Positions 17,546-25,197 of a stretch of 64,000 nt of DNA are shown piece after piece. Positions within the stretch are counted from its first letter, which is position 1. Each line of letters begins with the position of its first letter. The stretch is taken from the NCBI GenBank assembly GCA_012842685.1, contig DUSI01000060.1:5024-69023 (forward strand), in the 5' to 3' direction. Origin of the DNA: Candidatus Fermentithermobacillaceae bacterium. GTDB taxonomy: Bacteria > Bacillota > Sulfobacillia > Fermentithermobacillales > Fermentithermobacillaceae. Both the position numbers and the translations under genes were made by a program. The notes below the pieces were generated by a model. The model saw nothing but the letters and a program-made list of their open reading frames with translations, did no database searches and had not been told where the DNA came from.

Positions 17546-18721
17546 ATGCTGAGGATTGTACACGCTGCGGACATCCATGCGGGACGCCCGGCTTCAAAGG
17601 AACTGGACAGGGAGAAGGCTTCTTTGAGGCGGAGGGAAATAGAGACGAGTCTCTCCCGGATAGCCGAACTGTGCCGGAGGGAAAAAGCCGACCTCCTGCT
17701 CCTCTCGGGCGACCTTTTCGAACACTCCCACGCTAGAGCGACCTGGGCCAGGGAAGCGAGGGAGATCTTCCGGTCCCTTGGCGAGACCAGGGTATTCATA
17801 AGCCCGGGAAACCACGACCCCCTCGTAAGGGATTCCCTGTACAAGACCGTAGAGTGGCCTGAGAACGTGACCGTGTTTGAGAGCGACCGCATAGGCGAAG
17901 TGGTGCTCGAGGACCTGGGTGTCGCGGTGTACGGCCTCGGCTGGCGGACGTACCTGGAACACAGGAGGCTCCTCAAAGGGTTCAGGAGGGCCCATGAGGA
18001 GCTTTTCGGCATACTGGTCATCCACGGGGATATGGTCTCCGGCGCCGGAGAAGGGGCTTCCCAGTACCTGCCCATCTATCCAGAGGACCTTGAAGGGTCG
18101 GGAGTGGACTACGCGGCCCTCGGCCACATCCACGTCCCCGGGAGCTTCCGGGTTGGGGCAGCCGTGGCCGCCTACCCCGGGTGCCCGGAGCCCCTTGACT
18201 TCGGGGATAAGGGCGATCGCGGTGTGTATTTCGTGACGGCCGAAAAGGACGAAGGCCGGGCCGGATACAGGGTTTCGGCCGAGTTCGTCTCCATGGCCCT
18301 CAGGCAGATGCGCAGCGAGGACCTGGATATCACGGGGTTTGATACGCCTGAGCGCGTCCGGAACGCCCTCCTTTCCCTCGGTGATCCGTCGAGCAGGAAG
18401 AGGGACCTGTGGGCGGTGAGGCTTACCGGCGTCGTCGAGCCGGAGATCGCTTTTGATATCCCGGAGCTCGAGCGCCTACTCAGAGACGACTTCTTCTTCC
18501 TGCGGCTTATCCCCGAGTATTCCCCCGGCTACGACCTCCAGGCCCTCGGCGACGAGAAGAACACGAGCCTGGAGGGGCGGTTCGTGAGGCACCTCGTGAA
18601 GCTCAGAGAAGAGGCGACTTCCAGGGGCGACGAGAGGGCTGCCCGCGTGGCGGACCTTGCCCTCCAGTATGGCCTGGATGCCTTGAGGCAGGGCAAAGTC
18701 ATACTCCGGAGGGGGCGGTAG
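17546..18721 (+). CDS. yhaO: SbcD/Mre11-family metallophosphoesterase nuclease (YhaO/SbcF-like)
   Basis: Calcineurin-like motifs LRIVHAADIHAG, LLLLSGDLFEH, GNHD and GHIH; followed directly by an SMC-like ATPase gene. Confidence 0.8.
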   Translation: MLRIVHAADIHAGRPASKELDREKASLRRREIETSLSRIAELCRREKADLLLLSGDLFEHSHARATWAREAREIFRSLGETRVFISPGNHDPLVRDSLYKTVEWPENVTVFESDRIGEVVLEDLGVAVYGLGWRTYLEHRRLLKGFRRAHEELFGILVIHGDMVSGAGEGASQYLPIYPEDLEGSGVDYAALGHIHVPGSFRVGAAVAAYPGCPEPLDFGDKGDRGVYFVTAEKDEGRAGYRVSAEFVSMALRQMRSEDLDITGFDTPERVRNALLSLGDPSSRKRDLWAVRLTGVVEPEIAFDIPELERLLRDDFFFLRLIPEYSPGYDLQALGDEKNTSLEGRFVRHLVKLREEATSRGDERAARVADLALQYGLDALRQGKVILRRGR

Positions 18722-18722
18722 A

Positions 18723-21530
18723 GTGAAGATAAGGAAACTTATCCCGGCGGCCTTCGGGAAGTTTGCGGGTCAAAATGGGAGGACCATCGAGCTTTCCGGG
18801 GGCCTCAATATCATAAGAGGCGACAACGAGGCCGGGAAGTCTACTCTCGGAGCGTTCATACTCGGCATGTTCTACGGTTTCAAGAAGGAAGGGCGGACGA
18901 GGATATCCCGGGATCCTGAGTACGAGCGCTACCGGCCGTGGACAGGGAAGGATTACCGCGGGACCATCGTCTACGAAGAGGGCGGGCGCCTCTACAGGTT
19001 GGAGCGGAGCTTCGACCCAGACGTAGTACGGATTTACGACGATCTGACGGGGGAGGACCTAACCCACCTTTTCTCCCAGGACTCCAGGAAAGAGTACGAC
19101 TTCGCCCGGAGGCACCTGGGCCTTACGACGAAGGAGTTCAGGAACACGATCTGGATCGGCCAGCTGGGGAGCCCCCAGGAGCCCGGGCTTGGGGCCGAGA
19201 TACAGGGCAAGCTTGGCGACATCCTCCAGGGCGGGAGCCAGGATGTATCATTAGTAAAGGCTTTGTCGGCGCTGGCCGACGAGAGATCTAAGATCAAGGC
19301 GCCCAGGAGCCAGAAGGCAAGGCTCGACATAGTGCAGCAAGAGATCGCCGAGCTTCAGGGCGAACTGAAGGCAGCAAGCGAGCGTGCCGAGGAACTGCGC
19401 GGTTGGCTCATAGAGGCGTCAGAGCTCGCCAAGGAAAAGGAAAGGCTTGAAGAGCAGGTCTCCCGGGGTGACTGGGAGCTCAAGCGCCTCCGGCACGCGT
19501 TGCTGAGGGGGCTCCTGGCGGAGGCCGAGAAGCTCCAGGGCTTCATCCGGGAGACGAGCGAACGAGTCCAGGGGCTCCTTTGGGCGAAGGACATCCCTGA
19601 TGGGGCCGGCGAAGATTACCTGTCCCTCAGGCAGGAGATAGACGCTCTCCTCAGGAGGCGCGCCGAGGCCGAACAGGAGCTCGCCAGGCTCGAGGAAAAG
19701 ACGAGAGAGGTCGAGGCTGCGCTTTCCGCCTACCTTACGCTGGACCAGCGCGTGGACGAAGCGGCTCTAATGTCCCTTTACTCGAAGTATTCCGGCGCCA
19801 AGGCTGCAGCCTCCAAGAGCGAACGTGCCGCCAACGAGGCCAGGCGAGAGCTGAGGGCCCTGGAAGAAGAGGGAGAGGCCAAAGGGTACCCAGAGGAAGA
19901 ATTCGACAAGAAGATACTCGAGGAAGCGGAAGAGCTCAACGAGACGGTGGTCCTCGCCGAGAAAGCCAAGGCCAAGATGGAGGTCGAGCTGGAGAGGGCC
20001 AGGGCCCAGCTCGCGTCCCGGAGCTATGGGGGCTCGCCCGGGTGGGTCTATGGGCTGGCGCTGGCGTTTTTGGGGATCGCGGTGGCACTGACGGTGATGG
20101 CCATGCCCATGAGCTGGGCCGCGTTTGGCGTGGCCCTCGTGCTTATGGGCGTAGGGATCTACCGCCAGAGCGTTGCCGCCAGGCTCAGGCGGGAAGATGA
20201 AGCGGCGCTGGCGGAGAAGGAACGGGAGCTGGAAGAGCAAGAGGGGAGGATAGAGTCCGCCAGAGAGGCGCTGAGGGAATACTTGGCGGTGCTCGGGGCC
20301 AAATCGGTCGAGGAACTGAGGGCCGTGGCGCGGGAACTTGACCTCTACCTCACACGGCTCAGGAGCGCCCGGAAGCGGTACGAAGAGGCCCACAAGTTCT
20401 GGTTCGAGGCTTCTCAGGAGCTCTCGGTCATCGAGAAAGAGCTGGTGGAGGTGCTCAGGTCTCTCCGCGTCCTGGAAGGCGGCGAGGCCATCACCGACCA
20501 GGTCATAAACTCGGGCAGGCAGAAGCTGGCTCGAGCGGCGTCTCTCAAGAGAGACCTTGCGGGTCTCAGGGAAAGAGAGAACGAGACTCGGGACCTCATC
20601 GACCGGCTAGAGCGGAGGCTTTCTGAGCTCAAGACAAAGGAGGCGGAGCTCTTCGCAGCTTGCGGGGTTTCCGACCGGCCCGGATTCGAGAGGAAGCTTT
20701 CGGCCAAAAAGGAATACGAAGATGCCAGTAGGGCCCTTTCCGAATACCAGGGGAGACTGGAGGCCCTTCTGGCGGGACGCGACCCCGTAGAAATAGCCGA
20801 CGAAGCGGCCCGGATCGAGGCGGAGATCGCGGTGAGCCCTTGGAGGGCGCCGGAAGGAGAGAGCCCCGTCCAGGATCAGGTGTCCGAGAGCGACTACGAG
20901 GCGAGGCGCAGCGAACAAGATGCCCTGAAGTCCCGGCTGGGAGAAGTTAAGGCGAATCTGGCGGCCCTTGAGAATGGGATCCGGCTCCGGACCGAGGACA
21001 CGAGACCGGTCCCCGAGATCGAGGAAGATCTCGCGAGAAAGCGGGCGATAGAAGAGGAGCTCATGGTGGATTGGGAAGCCCTCGATCTCGCCCACAACAT
21101 GCTATCTGAGCTGTCCAAGAGCCTGAGACGAGAGTTCGCCCCTGAGCTAAACAGGCGGGTGAGCGAGATCATGAGCAGGATAACTTCGGGCAGGTACTCG
21201 GATATCAGGATTTCGCCGGACCTCGAGATAAGCCTCGTGAGCCCCGAGACCGGGCACCAGCTCGAGGTGTCTTGCCTGTCGGGAGGCACGGTCGACCAGT
21301 GCTACTTCGCCCTCAGGGTGGCCATCGCCGAAGCCATAACAAAGAAAGAAGAAATCCCCTTCTTCCTGGACGACTCGTTCGTACAGTACGACGATAGGCG
21401 CCTGTCGGGCGCGCTGGAAGTCCTTGCGGCCTTGGCCGAGAAACACCAGATAATCTTGTTTTCGTGCCACGGTAGGGAGGAGACCATCGCCCGGGAGATG
21501 GGCATACCCTTCCACAGAGTATCGCTCTAG
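18723..21530 (+). CDS. yhaN: SbcC/Rad50-like SMC-family ATPase with a central two-helix membrane anchor (YhaN/SbcE-like)
   Basis: N-terminal Walker A (GDNEAGKSTLGAF), long coiled coils, two central hydrophobic helices (GWVYGLALAFLGIAVALTVMAMPMSWAAFGVALVLMGVGIY), and a C-terminal signature/Walker B/D-loop (LSGGTVDQCYFALRVAIAEA...FFLDDSF). Confidence 0.8.
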   Translation: MKIRKLIPAAFGKFAGQNGRTIELSGGLNIIRGDNEAGKSTLGAFILGMFYGFKKEGRTRISRDPEYERYRPWTGKDYRGTIVYEEGGRLYRLERSFDPDVVRIYDDLTGEDLTHLFSQDSRKEYDFARRHLGLTTKEFRNTIWIGQLGSPQEPGLGAEIQGKLGDILQGGSQDVSLVKALSALADERSKIKAPRSQKARLDIVQQEIAELQGELKAASERAEELRGWLIEASELAKEKERLEEQVSRGDWELKRLRHALLRGLLAEAEKLQGFIRETSERVQGLLWAKDIPDGAGEDYLSLRQEIDALLRRRAEAEQELARLEEKTREVEAALSAYLTLDQRVDEAALMSLYSKYSGAKAAASKSERAANEARRELRALEEEGEAKGYPEEEFDKKILEEAEELNETVVLAEKAKAKMEVELERARAQLASRSYGGSPGWVYGLALAFLGIAVALTVMAMPMSWAAFGVALVLMGVGIYRQSVAARLRREDEAALAEKERELEEQEGRIESAREALREYLAVLGAKSVEELRAVARELDLYLTRLRSARKRYEEAHKFWFEASQELSVIEKELVEVLRSLRVLEGGEAITDQVINSGRQKLARAASLKRDLAGLRERENETRDLIDRLERRLSELKTKEAELFAACGVSDRPGFERKLSAKKEYEDASRALSEYQGRLEALLAGRDPVEIADEAARIEAEIAVSPWRAPEGESPVQDQVSESDYEARRSEQDALKSRLGEVKANLAALENGIRLRTEDTRPVPEIEEDLARKRAIEEELMVDWEALDLAHNMLSELSKSLRREFAPELNRRVSEIMSRITSGRYSDIRISPDLEISLVSPETGHQLEVSCLSGGTVDQCYFALRVAIAEAITKKEEIPFFLDDSFVQYDDRRLSGALEVLAALAEKHQIILFSCHGREETIAREMGIPFHRVSL

Positions 21531-21548
21531 CAGGATGGAGAGTTTGGG

Positions 21549-22313
21549 TTGAGAAGCGGCGAGGGAGTCCTGTTCATCCACGGGACGGCGAGTTCGGGAC
21601 GTGTTTGGAAGAACCTTTTGGCGGTTTTGGCTTCCGAGCCGCCCGTCCAGGGTTTCTGCGGTCCTTCCGAACCTGTGGAATATCTTACTCCCGACATCCC
21701 CGGCATGGGCGAGTGTGAGGTGCCGGAAGGGCCACTCTCTTTTGAACGCTGGTGCGACTACTTTCGCGGCTTTGCCTCGGGGCGAAGACTGCACCTGGTC
21801 GGTCATTCTCTGGGAGGAGCTATAGCCGTCCACCTTGCGGAAGAGCCGTGGGTCTTGTCAGTGTCGCTCATAGCGCCCGCGACCAGGGCCTTCTGTGAGG
21901 CCAGGCGTGCCTCCTCGAGACCCGGACAGAATCCCGGTTCAATCCTGCCGGACCGGCCACTGACGAGGCTCGTTGCCGCTCCCGGGCAGATCTCCCGGGA
22001 GGATGCGCGGATCTTGCGGGAAGACTACGCCAGGGCGGGCCGGCTCCTGGCAAAAGGCCTTCCGTGGCCGCCGTTTCCGAAGGCCGAGGCCGAATACCTC
22101 AGGGGGAAACCCGTGCTGTTGGTGTACGGCGAACGGGACGAGGTGATCAGCCCCGCTTATTTCCGGCAGCTTGCGAGGGATCTCTCTGCTGCGGGTGTGA
22201 CGGCGGAAGTGGTAAGCCTCCCTGGCTGCGGCCACATCCCTCAGGTAGAAGATCCACACCGGGTTGCGGGCATCCTGAGGTCTTTTTGGCGAGAGGCCTG
22301 TCGGTTACGGTAG
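21549..22313 (+). CDS. Alpha/beta-fold hydrolase
   Basis: HGTASSGRVW oxyanion region, GHSLGG nucleophile elbow, C-terminal GCGHIPQ catalytic His. Confidence 0.75.
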   Translation: MRSGEGVLFIHGTASSGRVWKNLLAVLASEPPVQGFCGPSEPVEYLTPDIPGMGECEVPEGPLSFERWCDYFRGFASGRRLHLVGHSLGGAIAVHLAEEPWVLSVSLIAPATRAFCEARRASSRPGQNPGSILPDRPLTRLVAAPGQISREDARILREDYARAGRLLAKGLPWPPFPKAEAEYLRGKPVLLVYGERDEVISPAYFRQLARDLSAAGVTAEVVSLPGCGHIPQVEDPHRVAGILRSFWREACRLR

Positions 22314-22323
22314 CCTACGCGTT

Positions 22324-22575
22324 CCAGAGAGCCCATCATCCAGGGAGCCTATTTGCCAGAGAGTCTGTCTTCCAGAGAGACTGTCTTCTAGAGGGTCCAT
22401 CTTGCAGAGGGCCCATCCATTCCCGGCCGCACCTATCCCGGAAAGCCCGTCTGTCTCCCGGTGCATCCATCTCAGAAGGACCATCTGTCTCCTGGTGCAC
22501 CCATCTCAGAAAGACTATCTGTCTCCTGGTGCACCCACTCCAGAAAGCCCACCTAGTCCGGATAGTCTACCTTCA
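22324..22575. repeat. Intergenic minisatellite: six ~16-bp units (CCAGAGAGnCnnTCTT) followed by three 33-bp units (GTCTCCyGGTGCAyCCAyCTCAGAArGnCyAyCT)
   Basis: Contiguous degenerate direct repeats with a CCATCT core; no unique spacers. Confidence 0.8.
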
Positions 22576-23371
22576 TCTTGGAAGGCTCGGTGCCTTCAAC
22601 TACGAACCGCCACGGGTAGTGCTTTGCTTCCCCTGAGTACCCAACTCCCACCCGTTTCGTGACGATGTAGGGAGGATTCAGGCCGGTACCATCGGGAGGA
22701 TAGGCGATGAACATGTCGTATCCTGGCCGCCGGATGTCATCTGGTCCGGCGTCAGGTAAGACCATGCGTTCTCTGGAGCGCCGGTCTGCCTCCCGAGTGG
22801 GCTCCTCTATCCGCCATCTTTCCATGGACCCTCCATCTGGCCATCCTTCCATGTGCCATCTTTCTATGCGACATCCTTTTGCGCGGTATTCCTCCGTGAG
22901 GCCTGTCCCGTTGTCTGCGCCGGTGATCCCCATAGCCTGGCATAGTCTGCCCGGACCTTCGGCATAAGGAAGGGCTCCCCTGCGGCGCCTGGCCATGAGC
23001 TCGAAACCTGCCACCGGTTCCAGGGAGCGTATGAGGACGGCGTGGGGGACGCCTTCGGGAGCAGCGACCACGTTGAGCATCCAGTGCATGCCGTACGTGA
23101 AGTAGACGTACGCCCGTCCGGGAGGGCCGTACATGACTTCGTTTCGCTTTGTCCTGCGCCACCCGTAGGCATGGCAAGCGCGGTCTTCCGGACCTTCGTA
23201 AGCTTCGACTTCGATGATCCTCCCTGCGGTGAGACCTTCCGGAGTGAGCCTCACCAGAAGAAGCCCGAGGAGCTTCGGCGCGAGTTCAAGCGCCCGCACG
23301 GAGCAGAAACGGGCCGTTATGCGGGAGAGGCGCAAGAAGTCCTCATGCGCTGCTCCGTTGCGTTGTTCCAT
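22553..23371 (-). CDS. mpg: DNA-3-methyladenine glycosylase (AAG/MPG family) with an internal ~50-aa W/R-rich insertion
   Basis: [11 protein letters not shown]...[22 protein letters not shown]...[11 protein letters not shown]...[16 protein letters not shown] are hallmark MPG blocks. An insertion ([31 protein letters not shown]...) sits between the last two blocks. Confidence 0.85.
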   Translation of the reverse strand: MEQRNGAAHEDFLRLSRITARFCSVRALELAPKLLGLLLVRLTPEGLTAGRIIEVEAYEGPEDRACHAYGWRRTKRNEVMYGPPGRAYVYFTYGMHWMLNVVAAPEGVPHAVLIRSLEPVAGFELMARRRRGALPYAEGPGRLCQAMGITGADNGTGLTEEYRAKGCRIERWHMEGWPDGGSMERWRIEEPTREADRRSRERMVLPDAGPDDIRRPGYDMFIAYPPDGTGLNPPYIVTKRVGVGYSGEAKHYPWRFVVEGTEPSKMKVDYPD

Positions 23372-23445
23372 CTACCGCTTGATTCCTCCAATATTGAGTA
23401 ATTGAGCAACTGTCATAAGATGTACTGATTGCGACTGGAATCAGG

Positions 23446-23560
23446 CATTTCTTGTACATTACTCATACCGCGACCGGCAGAAAATGTACAATAGCGCCGG
23501 TGCGAGTAGCATTTCTTGCACAATGGACCCACCCGAACCGGCAGGAAATGTACAATGCTC
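23446..23560. promoter_or_regulatory. Four direct repeats containing TG(T/C)ACAAT, spaced 31-32 bp, in the mpg/osmC divergent intergenic region (candidate operator array)
   Basis: GCATTTCTTGTACATT, GGCAGAAAATGTACAAT, GCATTTCTTGCACAAT, GGCAGGAAATGTACAAT, with cores at 23454, 23485, 23517 and 23549. Confidence 0.5.
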
Positions 23561-23691
23561 GGGAACCCGGGCGCACAAGGCTCCGAACCGGGCGTTATCC
23601 CCTTCACTTAACCCAGCCGAGGCACTATGATCATACATGCGTGTTTTCTTCATCTTTTATCTACCTACATACACAGTGAGGAGGGCTACCG

Positions 23692-24078
23692 ATGGCCGAC
23701 ACCCAGAAGATCACAGCCAGCGTCCGGGAAAGCGCTATCATGTGCGCCGATTCCAAGGGTAACCAGGTCGCGGTAGGTGGCGAGGGCCCCCGCGCGACCG
23801 ACCTGCTCCTTATGGCGGTGGCAGGATGCAGTGGTTCGGTTCTCAAGGCGGTTCTTGGCAAAGAAGGCTTTGTCCCCACGAAGGTCGAGATGACTATAGA
23901 AGGCGTTAGAGCCGATGCCCCGCGGAGATTTGAGAGCATAAACGCCCACTACTACGTGGAGTGCCCGGGTCTCACGGAGGAAAAACTGAGAGAGTGCCTG
24001 GAGAAGACCGAACTGGCCTGCCCGGTCATCCAGTCCCTGAGCGCCAAAGTGAACGTCACGTTCACGCTGGCCAAGTAA
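23692..24078 (+). CDS. OsmC/Ohr-family peroxiredoxin-like protein
   Basis: Two conserved Cys in the typical context (LLLMAVAGCSGSV; LACPV); size 128 aa; RBS GAGGAGGG upstream. Confidence 0.75.
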   Translation: MADTQKITASVRESAIMCADSKGNQVAVGGEGPRATDLLLMAVAGCSGSVLKAVLGKEGFVPTKVEMTIEGVRADAPRRFESINAHYYVECPGLTEEKLRECLEKTELACPVIQSLSAKVNVTFTLAK

Positions 24079-24091
24079 CCGGGCGAGCGAA

Positions 24092-24520
24092 ATGAAACCT
24101 CTAGAGACCGGAATCCAAGGCAAGGCCACGGTCAAGGTCACCCAGGCGAACCTCGCCTCTTCGACGGGAAGCGGGGCGGTGGATGTTTTCTCAACCCCGA
24201 ATCTGGTACTGCTCATGGAGGAAGCCGCCATGGATGCCCTGAGGCCATACATGGAGGAGGGAGAATCCACGGTAGGCACCCTCGTCAATATCAGGCATAT
24301 TTCGCCGACCCCACCGGGACTCACGGTAACCGCAACAGCCACTTTGACGGAAATCGACGGGCGCCGACTGGTTTTCCGGGTTGAAGCCTACGACGGCGTG
24401 GACAAAGTGGGCGAGGGGACCCACGAGAGGTTCCTAGTTTCCCTGGACCGGTTCACGGCGCGGGCCGCAGAGAAAATTAAGCTTTCCACAAACCTGTCCA
24501 CAAGGAACAGCAATACCTAG
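24092..24520 (+). CDS. Hotdog-fold thioesterase-family protein
   Basis: GSGAVDVFSTPNLVLLMEEAAMDAL...VGTLVNIRHISPTPPGLTVTATATLTEIDGRRLVFRVEAYD resembles 4HBT / fluoroacetyl-CoA thioesterase-type hotdog proteins. Confidence 0.6.
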   Translation: MKPLETGIQGKATVKVTQANLASSTGSGAVDVFSTPNLVLLMEEAAMDALRPYMEEGESTVGTLVNIRHISPTPPGLTVTATATLTEIDGRRLVFRVEAYDGVDKVGEGTHERFLVSLDRFTARAAEKIKLSTNLSTRNSNT

Positions 24521-24550
24521 CGTAGAATAGACTCCGCCGGGCCTAGATAT

Positions 24551-24576
24551 AGCGCACACAGATGTTTGTGTGCGCT
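24551..24576. promoter_or_regulatory. Perfect 10-bp inverted repeat AGCGCACACA-N6-TGTGTGCGCT; candidate NrdR box upstream of nrdR-nrdJ (alternatively a weak terminator)
   Basis: The core ACACAgATgTtTGTGT matches the NrdR-box half-sites ACACA / TGTGT; located 39 bp upstream of the nrdR start. Confidence 0.4.
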
Positions 24577-24614
24577 TTGGCTGGGTTAGTATCCGCGAAG
24601 GGTGGAGTGGCTCC

Positions 24615-25103
24615 TTGAAGTGCCCGTTTTGTGGTTTTCTCGACTCCCGGGTGTTGGAATCTCGTCCGACGGACGAAGATACCGCCATACGCAGGCGTCG
24701 AGAGTGTCCGCGCTGCGGCCGCCGCTTCACCACCTATGAACGGGTCGACGAAACTCCCCTCGTAGTGATCAAGAAGGACGGAAGTCGAGAGATGTTCTCC
24801 CGGCAGAAAATCTTGTCGGGAATGCTGAGGGCCTGCGAGAAGCGTCCCATACCCCTCGAGACTTTGGAAGATGCGGCGTTTGACATAGAGCGCGCCCTCA
24901 GGGAGTCGGGCAAGGGAGAGGTGACTTCCAAAGAGATCGGCGAGATGGTCATGGCGAAGCTGCGGGCGATCGATGACGTGGCGTACGTCAGGTTTGCGTC
25001 GGTCTACAGGGAGTTCACCGACCTCATGGGTTTTCGCGAGGAACTTGAAAGGATTCTCAGGGAGAAGGAGGGCAGGGAAAAGGCCGAAAACCCTGGCGGC
25101 TAG
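24615..25103 (+). CDS. nrdR: Transcriptional repressor NrdR (zinc ribbon + ATP cone)
   Basis: MKCPFCG...[14 protein letters not shown] zinc ribbon, then an ATP-cone ([17 protein letters not shown]...). Probable TTG start at 24615; the ORF-track ATG at 24570 would add an atypical N-terminal extension. Confidence 0.9.
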   Translation: MKCPFCGFLDSRVLESRPTDEDTAIRRRRECPRCGRRFTTYERVDETPLVVIKKDGSREMFSRQKILSGMLRACEKRPIPLETLEDAAFDIERALRESGKGEVTSKEIGEMVMAKLRAIDDVAYVRFASVYREFTDLMGFREELERILREKEGREKAENPGG

Positions 25104-25197
25104 ACGTCCTTACATACGTGTCTTATTTGCGGGAGCGAGAACCAGCGGAGTACCAAGAATAGATAGAAGGCTTTGAGCCGGTGGGAGGCAGTACAGC

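Noticed and set aside
22324-22575. Possible CRISPR array
   Set aside because: Units are contiguous (16 and 33 bp) with no unique spacers, they are degenerate, and no cas genes are nearby. Classified as a minisatellite.
22402-22662. 86-aa plus-strand ORF (P/S-rich) across the minisatellite
   Set aside because: Simply the translation of the tandem repeats, and it overlaps the 3' end of mpg.
24570-24614. ATG start at 24570 for nrdR giving an N-terminal [16 protein letters not shown] extension
   Set aside because: NrdR proteins begin directly at the zinc-ribbon M(K/R)CPFC, so the TTG at 24615 is the more plausible start. The extension would overlap the candidate NrdR box.
25104-25197. Second NrdR box or cobalamin riboswitch between nrdR and nrdJ
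   Set aside because: Only a weak ACATACGTGT half-palindrome is present; 94 bp is too short for a cobalamin riboswitch and no B12-box is visible.
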